A DNA stretch of 64,000 nt from Alphaproteobacteria bacterium (GTDB taxonomy: Bacteria > Pseudomonadota > Alphaproteobacteria > Rs-D84 > SZUA-605): positions 32,001-96,000 of the forward strand of contig JAVBPW010000001.1 of NCBI GenBank assembly GCA_031549385.1, given 5' to 3'. This document shows positions 1-9,033 of the stretch, piece by piece. The translations under genes were made by a program, and so were the position numbers. The notes beneath the pieces are model-generated. The model saw nothing but the letters and a program-made list of their open reading frames with translations, had not been told where the DNA came from and made no database searches. The stretch's first letter is position 1; each line of letters begins with the position of its first letter.

Positions 1-79
1 AATCTTGAAGTAATATATCTTTATATTCTTTGGTTGCATTTGATTTTGTGAAATCACAAAATTTTAAACTATTTAACAT
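1..79 (-). CDS. 5' fragment of a CDS running off the window (MLNSLKFCDFTKSNATKEYKDILLQD...)
   Basis: ATG at 79 overlaps the end of ORF 69-359; frame stays open to the window edge. Confidence 0.45.
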   Translation of the reverse strand, partial: MLNSLKFCDFTKSNATKEYKDILLQD

Positions 80-359
80 TATACTTCCTTTTTTCTAATT
101 TTTCTTCTATACGCAATAAATGATTTGTTAGACGAGTTTCAAGATCTCTAATGTAAGAAACCGAACAATAGGACATTGCTACTTCAAGCTTGTATGAAGA
201 TAAATCTTCGGCAAGCTTTATAACATTTGCCTTTGCTTCGTCTTTTAATTGATTTAAATCGTTTTGAGTTTGCCTTGAATGGGATCTTAGTAAAAAAAAT
301 AAGCCTGTTAGTGCAGGCAATTCTATTACTTGTATCCACCAAAAATAGCTAAATTCCAT
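69..359 (-). CDS. Small membrane protein with N-terminal TM helix and coiled coil (possibly phage/GTA-associated, holin-like)
   Basis: 96 aa; WWIQVIELPALTGLFFLL hydrophobic segment; YKLEVA...RLTNHLLRIEEKL resembles a conserved alphaproteobacterial hypothetical family (from recollection); GGGGG RBS at 365-369. Confidence 0.7.
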   Translation of the reverse strand: MEFSYFWWIQVIELPALTGLFFLLRSHSRQTQNDLNQLKDEAKANVIKLAEDLSSYKLEVAMSYCSVSYIRDLETRLTNHLLRIEEKLEKRKYNVK

Positions 360-381
360 TAGTACCCCCTGAGTTTAGATG

Positions 382-411
382 AAAAAAGCCCAAAACCTTT
401 CGATTTTGGGC
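382..411 (-). terminator. Intrinsic terminator/attenuator upstream of ORF 69-359
   Basis: Minus strand GCCCAAAATC-GAAA-GGTTTTGGGC followed by T6. Confidence 0.8.
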
Positions 412-517
412 AAAAAAAGAGGAGACCGAAGTCTCCATAAAAGTGAGAACCGAAGTTCTCATAAAGTGAAGTCCGAAGACTTCATAATTTCTTAGGAAAT
501 AGTTTTCCCTTGAAGAC
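382..517 (-). ncRNA. Candidate leader RNA/sRNA with three tandem cUUCGg hairpins
   Basis: Hairpins at 467-484, 444-461 and 421-436 with covarying stems, lying between a promoter and a terminator. Confidence 0.65.
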
Positions 518-522
518 TTATC

Positions 523-551
523 AGTATATAGAACTTTTTCATAAAAGTCAA
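523..551 (-). promoter_or_regulatory. sigma70-type promoter
   Basis: TTGACT(551-546)-17 nt-TATACT(528-523). Confidence 0.75.
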
Positions 552-773
552 CTACAAATTTGAAATTTTATACATTGTTTTTTAATTTACAACAAAATAC
601 TCTCTAAATACAATCTCTTAAATTTGTATAATTTTTTTCAAAAAGTGGACTAATTTTTCATTTTTAGACTAAATATTATAATATTTTGTAATTTTGCGAT
701 TCGTAAAGTTTTCATTATTTACTTGCATTTTTGGTTTTGGACTGTACTATTTAACCCATAAGAGGAGAGAGAT

Positions 774-1409
774 ATGTTGAAAAAAATTTTGTTTGCATTA
801 GTTTGCGCAGTTATAGGAACATCTTATGCCCAACTTAGCGAGGCAGATAATAAAGCAGCAGTTGATAAGATGAAAGCTTTAGTTACTGATGTAGAAGATA
901 AAATTTTAAAACGAGATATCCCTCAAGATGAGAAAAATAAGCACTTTGATGAAATTCTTGTTTCCCAAATGGATTTGGAAAAGGTTTCATCATTTATTGT
1001 TGGAAAACCATGGAAAGAAGCAAATTCTGCTGATAAGGACAAATTTTTAAAATCTTTCAGACATTTTCAAATTTTAAGATTTAAAGAAACTTTTAATTCT
1101 TACTCTGATGAAGTTATTGAAGTTGGGGGTACTTTACCTTCTTCTTCTAAAAATCAATTGTTTGTTGAAATGCAAATTAAGTCAAAAAGTAAACAAGGTG
1201 AGCCTATTGATATTAAATGGAAAATGGCAAAAGAAAATAATGGAGATTTCAAAATTACTGATGTTGTGATTGAAGGAGTTTCTATGGCTGCTTCTTTAAA
1301 GCAAGAATATTCTGCTATTTTAAATAACGCTACAGGCAATAAGCTTGAATATCTTGCAAAAAAAATAGATGCTAAAGCAAAAGAATTTGAAAAGCCTAAA
1401 AAGAAATAA
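774..1409 (+). CDS. mlaC: MlaC/Ttg2D family phospholipid-binding periplasmic protein
   Basis: Signal peptide; GKPWKEA and KITDVVIEGVSM motifs; AGGAG RBS. Confidence 0.8.
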   Translation: MLKKILFALVCAVIGTSYAQLSEADNKAAVDKMKALVTDVEDKILKRDIPQDEKNKHFDEILVSQMDLEKVSSFIVGKPWKEANSADKDKFLKSFRHFQILRFKETFNSYSDEVIEVGGTLPSSSKNQLFVEMQIKSKSKQGEPIDIKWKMAKENNGDFKITDVVIEGVSMAASLKQEYSAILNNATGNKLEYLAKKIDAKAKEFEKPKKK

Positions 1410-1419
1410 GGCGGTTCCT

Positions 1420-3294
1420 ATGAATAACAATACTTATACTAATATTGCTACTGCTCTTCGTATGCTATCTGTTGATATGGTTGTTAATGCTGGAAGTGGA
1501 CATCAAGGTATGCCGCTTGGTATGGCTGATATTGCAACTGTGTTATTTTGTAATCATTTAAATTTTAATACTCAAAATCCTCATTGGATTAATAGAGATA
1601 GATTTATTCTTTCTAATGGTCATGGTGTTGCTCTTCAATATTCACTACTTTATATGGCTGGGTATGAAGATATTAAACTTGAAGATATTAAAAATTTTAG
1701 ACAAGTTGGCTCAAAAGCTGCTGGACATCCTGAATATCGTTCTTTTGATGGAATTGAGACTACTACTGGTCCTTTAGGACAAGGGTTTGCTAATGCAGTT
1801 GGAATTGCTTTGGGACAAAAAATATTAAATAAAAAATGTGGCAAAAATGCTTTAGATTTTAAGGTATATTGTTTCTGTGGAGATGGCGATCTTATGGAAG
1901 GTATCTCATATGAAGCACAAAGTTTTGCTGGAAAAAACCAACTCAATAACCTGATAGCTGTTTTTGACAATAATCAAATTACTATTGATGGTAATGTTTC
2001 CCTTTCTCGAAAAGAAAATATTAAAGAAAGATTTTTATCAACTGATTGGAATGTTATTGAAATAGATGGTCATAATTTTAAGCAAATTGATGACGCTTTT
2101 AAAAAGGCTAAAAAGGAAACTAAGCGCCCTACTTTAATTATTGCTAATACTATTATTGGTAAGTTTAGTGAATTTGCTGGGGAAGCTAAAGTTCATGGAA
2201 ATCCTATTAATGCAGAGGGCAGAGAAAAAATTGCCAAAAAATTAAATTGGAAATATAAACCTTTTGAAATACCTGATGATATCATTTGTGAATTCCAAAA
2301 ACTATCATCACGTGGACAAGAAAAATTTGATAACTTTGATAAAAAATCTTTTGATGTTTTCGAAAAATTTTATGGCGATAGTTACAACGAAAAACAAATA
2401 AATTCTAAATTAAAAAAATATATTTCTGATATTGTTAAAAACAAAAAAGATGTTTCTACACGAAAAGCTTTCGGTGAAGTTTTAGGATTGGTTAAAGATG
2501 ATATTTTTGACTATGTTAATGGGTCTGCTGATTTGACTGAATCTAATAATTTTATAGTTGATGATGAATATATTAGATATGGTATCAGAGAACATTTTAT
2601 GGCTGCTTGTTCGAGTGGACTTTCATTAATGGGTTTTAAAAGCTTCTGTGGTACTTTCCTTGCTTTTTCTGATTATATGAGACCTGCTATTCGATTATCT
2701 TGTCTTATGGGGTTAGATGTTAATTACGTGTTTACTCATGACTCAATTGGGGTTGGAGAAGATGGACCTACTCATCAACCTGTTGAACAATTAAGTGGAT
2801 TACGATTAGTGCCTAATATTACTGTGTTTAGACCTTGTGATGCAATTGAAGCAACACAATGTTTGAAGTATTCGTTAGAAATAGATACACCAAAAGTATT
2901 TGCATTATCTCGTCAAAATTTGCCTGTTATTTTAGATAGCAAAACTGATAAAGTAAGTTATGGAGCATATGCTATTGTTGATTGTAAAAAACCATCATTA
3001 ATTATTATGGCAAGTGGCTCAGAAGTTCAAATAGCTTTAGAGTTGGCTAAAGATAAAAAAAATGTTCGAGTAATTTCATTTGTTTCTATGGAACTTTTTG
3101 AAAAACAAAATGAAAAATATAAATCAGAATTATTGCCAAAAGGCGTTAAAAAGGTTGCTATTGAAGCTGGAGTAACTGGTCTTTGGTATAAATATGCTAA
3201 TCAAGTTTTTGGTATTGATACATTTGGAAAATCTGGAAAATATAAAGACATTTTCGAATGGGCAAAATTGACTTATAAACAAATCAAAATTTAG
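1420..3294 (+). CDS. tkt: Transketolase
   Basis: SGHQGMPLG, RDRFILSNGH, GHPE, GDGDLMEG, THDSIGVGEDGPTHQP; start reassigned to ATG 1420. Confidence 0.95.
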   Translation: MNNNTYTNIATALRMLSVDMVVNAGSGHQGMPLGMADIATVLFCNHLNFNTQNPHWINRDRFILSNGHGVALQYSLLYMAGYEDIKLEDIKNFRQVGSKAAGHPEYRSFDGIETTTGPLGQGFANAVGIALGQKILNKKCGKNALDFKVYCFCGDGDLMEGISYEAQSFAGKNQLNNLIAVFDNNQITIDGNVSLSRKENIKERFLSTDWNVIEIDGHNFKQIDDAFKKAKKETKRPTLIIANTIIGKFSEFAGEAKVHGNPINAEGREKIAKKLNWKYKPFEIPDDIICEFQKLSSRGQEKFDNFDKKSFDVFEKFYGDSYNEKQINSKLKKYISDIVKNKKDVSTRKAFGEVLGLVKDDIFDYVNGSADLTESNNFIVDDEYIRYGIREHFMAACSSGLSLMGFKSFCGTFLAFSDYMRPAIRLSCLMGLDVNYVFTHDSIGVGEDGPTHQPVEQLSGLRLVPNITVFRPCDAIEATQCLKYSLEIDTPKVFALSRQNLPVILDSKTDKVSYGAYAIVDCKKPSLIIMASGSEVQIALELAKDKKNVRVISFVSMELFEKQNEKYKSELLPKGVKKVAIEAGVTGLWYKYANQVFGIDTFGKSGKYKDIFEWAKLTYKQIKI

Positions 3295-3593
3295 TTATCA
3301 TCTACTTTTCGTCCTTTTGCTTTAAAAATACATGCTGAAGATTTACTATCCCAATTTCCACCACGACTTGTGCAATCTTTTTTATATGCATCATTTTTAA
3401 TCTCTTCTGCTTTTTTCTTTTCTTTATCTGCTGCTTTTTGCTCTTTCTTTTCAGCTTTTGCTAATGCTTTTTCTTCTTTTTTTATTTTATTTAATTCAGA
3501 ATTAATTTCTTTTTCTTGAGCTTTTTTGATTTGTTTTTCAATTTTTTGAGCAGTTTTTTCTTCTTTCTTAGTTATTACTGGGAGATATACCAA
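3291..3593 (-). CDS. Probable frameshifted C-terminal continuation of the 3568-5022 secreted protein
   Basis: Repeats the KAEKKEQKAADKE and KIEKxIKKAQ motifs of the upstream ORF; TTG start without RBS. Confidence 0.55.
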   Translation of the reverse strand: MVYLPVITKKEEKTAQKIEKQIKKAQEKEINSELNKIKKEEKALAKAEKKEQKAADKEKKKAEEIKNDAYKKDCTSRGGNWDSKSSACIFKAKGRKVDDN

Positions 3594-5022
3594 AATCCAT
3601 ATTATCTAAATCTTGTTGGATACTTTTATTTAAATCTTCTTGATCTTTTTTAGACTGTTTTAATGCGGCATCTAATTCTTTATCTTGAGCTTTTTTGATG
3701 GATTTTTCTATCTTTTCACCTTGCTTTATTTCTTTATCAGCTGCCTTTTGTTCTTTTTTCTCCGCCTTTTCTTCTGCTTTTGCCTCTGCCTTTGCTTCTT
3801 TTTCTGCTGAACTTTTAAATAGTGTTCCTGCTTGTAGTTTTCCACCAAGAATTCCACCTGCTATAGCTCCTACTCCTGCTGCTACTCCAGTTACTATATT
3901 CTTGTTTCCTTCTACTTTAGATTTTACTCCAGAAATTGGGTCATAACCAAAAGTTGCTGCGTCACATTTTAATACTTCACCATTGTTAAATGTTAATTTA
4001 ATTTCACCAGGATCGTTTGCTCCTACTGCTGGATATTTTAATGATACGTCAAATGTACATGAACCAACACCATTGAATGTTCCGTTAATATTTTCACATG
4101 CTTTTTGCCATGCGTCAAATTCGTTTTGCATAGATTTTTGATCTTTTTCTATTTTTGAAATTACTTTGTCATATCCATATGATCCTATTGATTGACATCT
4201 GTCTATTACTTCCAAACATGTTGCTCTGTATGTTGCACGTGAAATGCTGTCAAAACAAAGTTCATATTGGTATTTTTCACCACGACATGCTTTAGCCATA
4301 CATGATTCTATTTCAGAATCACATTTACTTATTGCTGCTAGTTTTGCTGAATCTAAATTACCCTGTCTTGAATTATCAAGTTCCATTATGAAATTTGCCC
4401 ATACGTCTTGTGAAACTGATACTCCACAATCTATTAAAACACCTTCACAAGCTTGTTTCTTTAATGTTACTTGGTCAAGATTTAATGTTGCACAATTTTC
4501 ATAATTTGCTCCACACACTGAACCTGATTTCATACATCCATTAAATTTTTTTGAACAATCTGAAATATTTGCTGAAAGCATTCTTTCAAATTCTGCATCT
4601 GCTTTATTTTGTTCTGCTATAATTTCTGCTTTGAATGCATTTAATTCTTTTTCATAAGATTTTGCTATATTTTCAAATGTGTAAACTTTATCTTTGATTT
4701 CTATCATTGTGAAATCTGTAACTGTTGTTGTGGCAGTAGTAGTTGTTGTTGCAGCTGTTGTTCTTGGAGTAGTCCCTGCTTTTGTTGTAGTTGTTACTCT
4801 GTTTGCACCTGTTCGACTTGATGCAGCACGACCACTTGTTCCACGAGATGCAGCAGCCTTACTTCTTAATTGAGTACTTGAACTTGAGCTTTTACTTGAT
4901 GAAGATGCAGCACTTTTAGAAGCTGAACTTCTTCCTGTGTTTGCTCTTTGAGAATATGAGTAAGAAGATGCAATAACTAGCATCGCAAACAAAATTAAGT
5001 ATCTTTTATTAAATTTGTGCAC
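3568..5022 (-). CDS. Secreted Cys-rich protein with Ser/Thr/Arg-rich N-terminus, glycine zipper and AEK-rich tail
   Basis: GTG start at 5022 with AGGAG RBS; signal peptide; repeated C-x6-C-x3/5-C motifs; paralog at 57011. Confidence 0.75.
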   Translation of the reverse strand: MHKFNKRYLILFAMLVIASSYSYSQRANTGRSSASKSAASSSSKSSSSSTQLRSKAAASRGTSGRAASSRTGANRVTTTTKAGTTPRTTAATTTTTATTTVTDFTMIEIKDKVYTFENIAKSYEKELNAFKAEIIAEQNKADAEFERMLSANISDCSKKFNGCMKSGSVCGANYENCATLNLDQVTLKKQACEGVLIDCGVSVSQDVWANFIMELDNSRQGNLDSAKLAAISKCDSEIESCMAKACRGEKYQYELCFDSISRATYRATCLEVIDRCQSIGSYGYDKVISKIEKDQKSMQNEFDAWQKACENINGTFNGVGSCTFDVSLKYPAVGANDPGEIKLTFNNGEVLKCDAATFGYDPISGVKSKVEGNKNIVTGVAAGVGAIAGGILGGKLQAGTLFKSSAEKEAKAEAKAEEKAEKKEQKAADKEIKQGEKIEKSIKKAQDKELDAALKQSKKDQEDLNKSIQQDLDNMDFGISPSNN

Positions 5023-5151
5023 TCTTTTCTCCTGAAATCTTGTCATATTGTATCACAAAATTCGTTGTATTAAAAGCATTTTTTAATTTTTTTATTGCTT
5101 CTTTCTGGTTTTATGCTATAAGGTAGGAAATTTAAATATATGAGGTTTTTT

Positions 5152-5808
5152 ATGGATTTGATTATTCGTGGACAAGTGGGAAGGATTGAGGCTGCATATC
5201 AGAAGAATCCACAACCAGCTGCCCCTGTTGTTTTAGTTATGCCTGATGCTCCTAATGTTAGTGGAGCTAATATGAACGATAAGTTAACTTATACACTGTT
5301 TCATTCATTCGTTAATGAAGGGTTTCATACTTTAAGAATGAACTTTAGATCTGTTGGAAGATCAGAAGGCGAATTCACTGGTGGCGAAGGCGAACTTGCT
5401 GATGCTGGGTGTATTTTAGACTGGATACAAAAGAATCATGAATATTCTGAAAATATCTGGGTAGCTGGAGTTGGCTTTGGTGCTTATATAGGAATGCAAC
5501 TTTTAATGAGAAGACCGGAAATTACTACTTTTATTACAGTTAATCCACCATTGGCTGATTTTGACTTTTCATTCTTATCACCATGCCCTTGTAACGGTTT
5601 GATTTTAAACTCTGCTGGAGATACTAACGAAAACCATAATTTACGTAAAGCATTGGCTGATAAAATTAATGAACAAAAAGATGTTAAAGTTAAATACGTT
5701 TCTTTAAAAGATACTACTCCGGCTTTTGAAAATAGATTGCCATTACTATTTAAAACTTTGAGAGAATATATCGCTACACAAAAAGATAAAGAAAATAAGT
5801 TGATATAA
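5152..5808 (+). CDS. Alpha/beta hydrolase-fold protein, probably catalytically inactive
   Basis: [37 protein letters not shown]; GVGFG in place of GxSxG; GAGG RBS before ATG 5152. Confidence 0.8.
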   Translation: MDLIIRGQVGRIEAAYQKNPQPAAPVVLVMPDAPNVSGANMNDKLTYTLFHSFVNEGFHTLRMNFRSVGRSEGEFTGGEGELADAGCILDWIQKNHEYSENIWVAGVGFGAYIGMQLLMRRPEITTFITVNPPLADFDFSFLSPCPCNGLILNSAGDTNENHNLRKALADKINEQKDVKVKYVSLKDTTPAFENRLPLLFKTLREYIATQKDKENKLI

Positions 5809-6797
5809 TGAATAATGATGAACAAAGAATTTTTGATGCTAAGAAAAAAGATGAAGACATTTTATCTTTAAGACCAAAGTTTTTAAAAGAACTAATTGGT
5901 CAAATGGAAGTTAAAGATAATTTAGATGTTTTTATTTCTGCAGCGCTTAAGGAAAGCAGAGCTTTGGATCATGTTCTTTTTCATGGACCTCCAGGACTTG
6001 GAAAAACTACACTCGCTCATATTGTTGCTAGAGAATTAGGAGTTGGATTTAGAGCAACTTCCGCACCTATGATTTCTAAGGCTGGTGACTTGGCTGCTAT
6101 TCTTACAAATTTACAACAAAATGATGTTTTGTTTATTGATGAAATTCATAGATTAAACCCAGCTATTGAAGAAGTTTTATATTCTGCGATGGAAGATTTC
6201 CAATTGGATTTAATTATTGGTGAGGGTCCTGCTGCAAGATCTGTTAGAATTGATTTGCAACCTTTTACTCTTGTTGGAGCTACTACAAAAACTGGGCTTT
6301 TAACTTCACCACTTCGTGAAAGATTTGGAATTCCTATGCGAATGAAATTTTATTCTCATGATGAACTTGCTCAAATTGTTTCTCGTTCTGCCAATCTTTT
6401 AGGAATTGATATTAATGATGATGCAGCACTTAAAATTGCACAAAGTTCTCGTGGAACTCCTCGTATTTCTAATCGTCTTTTAAAGAGAATTAAAGATTTT
6501 GCTGTTTACAAAAATTTAGAAAAAATATCTTTTGATATGACCTTAGATGCTCTTAAAAGATTAGGTGTTGATGAAATCGGACTTGATGAAATGGATCAAA
6601 GATATTTGAATTATATCATTAATAATTATGGCGGTGGGCCTGTTGGAATTGAAAATATTGCAGCTGGACTTTCTGAAGAATTATCTACTATTGAAGATGT
6701 GATAGAACCATTTTTATTACAACAAGGATTTATTCAAAGAACACCTCGTGGAAGAGTTGTAACTGAAATAACTTATACTCATTTGAAAAAACACTAA
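5808..6797 (+). CDS. ruvB: Holliday junction branch migration helicase RuvB
   Basis: [26 protein letters not shown]. Confidence 0.97.
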   Translation: MNNDEQRIFDAKKKDEDILSLRPKFLKELIGQMEVKDNLDVFISAALKESRALDHVLFHGPPGLGKTTLAHIVARELGVGFRATSAPMISKAGDLAAILTNLQQNDVLFIDEIHRLNPAIEEVLYSAMEDFQLDLIIGEGPAARSVRIDLQPFTLVGATTKTGLLTSPLRERFGIPMRMKFYSHDELAQIVSRSANLLGIDINDDAALKIAQSSRGTPRISNRLLKRIKDFAVYKNLEKISFDMTLDALKRLGVDEIGLDEMDQRYLNYIINNYGGGPVGIENIAAGLSEELSTIEDVIEPFLLQQGFIQRTPRGRVVTEITYTHLKKH

Positions 6798-6830
6798 TTT
6801 AATAAACTTAATTTTTAAAACCTATTATAT

Positions 6831-7190
6831 ATGAATACAAACAAACAGTTCTGGAAAATTGTGAATAATTCAGATTCACAAAAAAATCAAATTTGCGAAC
6901 TTATCAGATTGATAAGTAAACTTGACGGAAGATTAACTGAACTTGAAGAAGTTATACTTTGGATACTTCTGTCCGAAAAAACTTTAGGACAAACAGCGCT
7001 TGTTCGTTATTCTATTAAGTTCAATTTTGACTTTAGTACTATTACCGTACCTATTAAAGTAATAGGAGATTTTTTGAAAGGGGAAAAGGAAGTAAATTTT
7101 ATTCCTGAAAATCCGGAGCAAGAAAAAGAACTTGAAAAATCTTTAAACCTCTTGAGTGATTTAAAAAATCTTTATCAAGAAGTTGCTTAA
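6831..7190 (+). CDS. Orphan hypothetical protein with SD-less AAACTTAA leader
   Basis: 119 aa ORF between ruvB stop and terminator; leader AAACTTAATTTTTAAAACCTATTATATATG. Confidence 0.65.
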   Translation: MNTNKQFWKIVNNSDSQKNQICELIRLISKLDGRLTELEEVILWILLSEKTLGQTALVRYSIKFNFDFSTITVPIKVIGDFLKGEKEVNFIPENPEQEKELEKSLNLLSDLKNLYQEVA

Positions 7191-7197
7191 AAAATTA

Positions 7198-7225
7198 GAG
7201 CCTGTTTTTTACAGGCTCGTTTTTT
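7198..7225. terminator. Bidirectional terminator
   Basis: GAGCCTGT/ACAGGCTC stem flanked by A and T runs between convergent genes. Confidence 0.7.
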
Positions 7226-8658
7226 TATAAAGTTGATACAGTTACAACGTCAGGAACGCCACCTGCAAGAACTGATTTATTTTCGTCACTTCTTTTTCCC
7301 AATGTAATTACTATATTGTCACCGGATTTTAAGCCTAAATAATTTGCAGCATATTTTTTTGCTAAACTTTCAAAATCTGTATAATTTGGATCTTCTTTTT
7401 CTTCCAAAATAACTGATCTTACACCCCAAAACAATTCACTTTGTCTTGCAAATTCTTCATTTCTTGTTAAACATAACATTGGAGTTTGTATACGATAAGA
7501 TGACATTATTTTTGGTAATGTTCCTGTTATTGAAAAACATACTATTGCTTTTGCATTTATTTTTTTTGCTAGCTTTGCAACCATTAAACCAATTGCTTCT
7601 TTTAATGTTACTACATCTTTTGAACGAGCTGATGCATTTAAAAATTTATTCCAATTTGATGAATGTTCTACATCTTCAATAATGTCTTCCATCATATTTA
7701 CTGTTTCTATTGGATATTTTCCTGTTGCTGTTTCCGCTGATGTCATTACTGCATCTGCTCCTAAATAAACCGCTGTTGCTACGTCTGATGTTTCAGCACG
7801 TGTTGGTGATGGATTTTCTATCATAGATTCCATCATTTGTGTTGCAACTATTACTGGCTTTCCATACTTTTGACACATAGAAATTATATCACGTTGAATT
7901 GATGGAACTTTTGATTGACCTATTTCAACTGCAAGATCACCTCGAGCAACCATTATACCATCTGATTCTTTTACTATATTTTCTAAATCTTCTACGGCTG
8001 ACGGTTTTTCTATCTTAGAAATTATTTTTAATTTTCCATCTGTTTTACTTCTTACTTCAATTACATCTTTTGCAGTTTGAACAAATGAAATTGCTAAATA
8101 ATCTACATTTTGAGTTAGAACAAATTTTAAATCATTTTCATCTTTTTCTGTTAGTATTGGGATATCCAAAATAGTGTTTGGAATATTGAAACCTTTTTTA
8201 TCTGATAATTTATCACCATACAAAACTTTTGTTTCTGCAAAATCCTTTCCAGCTTTTAAAACTTCAAGCGCTACATAACCATCATTTAATAAAATTTTTT
8301 GACCTTTTGTTAGTACTTTAAATACTTCTGGATTTGGAAGACGAACTCCTTGTTCATCTCCTAATTTATCTTCTAGATAAATTTTAAAATCCTGACCTGG
8401 TTTTAATTTTATTTCACCATCTTTAAAACAACCTATTCTGTGTTTTGGACCTTGTAAATCAGCCAATATTGCAACTGGACGATTTAATTCTTTTGATATT
8501 CTTTTAATATCTTTTATTTTTGCACCTTGTTCAGCATGATCACCATGACTGAAGTTTACTCGACATACATCCACACCAGCTTCAAGGATTTCTTTTATTT
8601 TCTTCTCTGATGATGGACCAATTGTTGAGACTATTTTTGTAAACGTATTTTTTGACAT
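7225..8658 (-). CDS. pyk: Pyruvate kinase
   Basis: TKIVSTIGP, RVNFSHG, DLQGPK, MVARGDL, ATQMMESM, PTRAE; start reassigned to MSKNT. Confidence 0.96.
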   Translation of the reverse strand: MSKNTFTKIVSTIGPSSEKKIKEILEAGVDVCRVNFSHGDHAEQGAKIKDIKRISKELNRPVAILADLQGPKHRIGCFKDGEIKLKPGQDFKIYLEDKLGDEQGVRLPNPEVFKVLTKGQKILLNDGYVALEVLKAGKDFAETKVLYGDKLSDKKGFNIPNTILDIPILTEKDENDLKFVLTQNVDYLAISFVQTAKDVIEVRSKTDGKLKIISKIEKPSAVEDLENIVKESDGIMVARGDLAVEIGQSKVPSIQRDIISMCQKYGKPVIVATQMMESMIENPSPTRAETSDVATAVYLGADAVMTSAETATGKYPIETVNMMEDIIEDVEHSSNWNKFLNASARSKDVVTLKEAIGLMVAKLAKKINAKAIVCFSITGTLPKIMSSYRIQTPMLCLTRNEEFARQSELFWGVRSVILEEKEDPNYTDFESLAKKYAANYLGLKSGDNIVITLGKRSDENKSVLAGGVPDVVTVSTL

Positions 8659-8746
8659 AAATTTTCCTTGCTTTTTTTCTCTATTTATCTTACATTTTTG
8701 AAAGTCCATTATAATACACATTTAATTTAAAATAAAGGAGAAAGTT

Positions 8747-8986
8747 ATGGCTGAAGCAAAAGGTGTAGCAAAAGAACAATTAAAAAAGTTCATTGAAAGA
8801 ATCGAACGTTTAGAAGAAGAAATGAAGAACTTAAGACAAGATATTAAAGAAGTGTTTGACGAAGCCAAAATTACTGGATTTGACGTACCTGCTTTGAAAC
8901 AAGTTTTGAAAATGAAGAAAGTAGATCCTGAAAAGAGAGAAATGCACGAAATGATGGTTAAAACATATTTCGACGCTATTAAATAA
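8747..8986 (+). CDS. gapR: DUF2312/GapR-family nucleoid-associated protein
   Basis: QLKKFIERIERLEEE..DIKEVFDEAK.GFD motif; AGGAG RBS. Confidence 0.85.
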   Translation: MAEAKGVAKEQLKKFIERIERLEEEMKNLRQDIKEVFDEAKITGFDVPALKQVLKMKKVDPEKREMHEMMVKTYFDAIK

Positions 8987-9004
8987 TAGGATTTGAAAAG
9001 ATAT

Positions 9005-9033
9005 AAAAAGAAGCCCCAAATGGGGCTCTTTTT
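9005..9033. terminator. Bidirectional terminator
   Basis: AGCCCCA/TGGGGCT stem with A and T tails. Confidence 0.7.

Noticed and set aside
421-486. CRISPR array interpretation of the three hairpin repeats
   Set aside because: No spacers between units, the stems vary, and no cas genes are in the window
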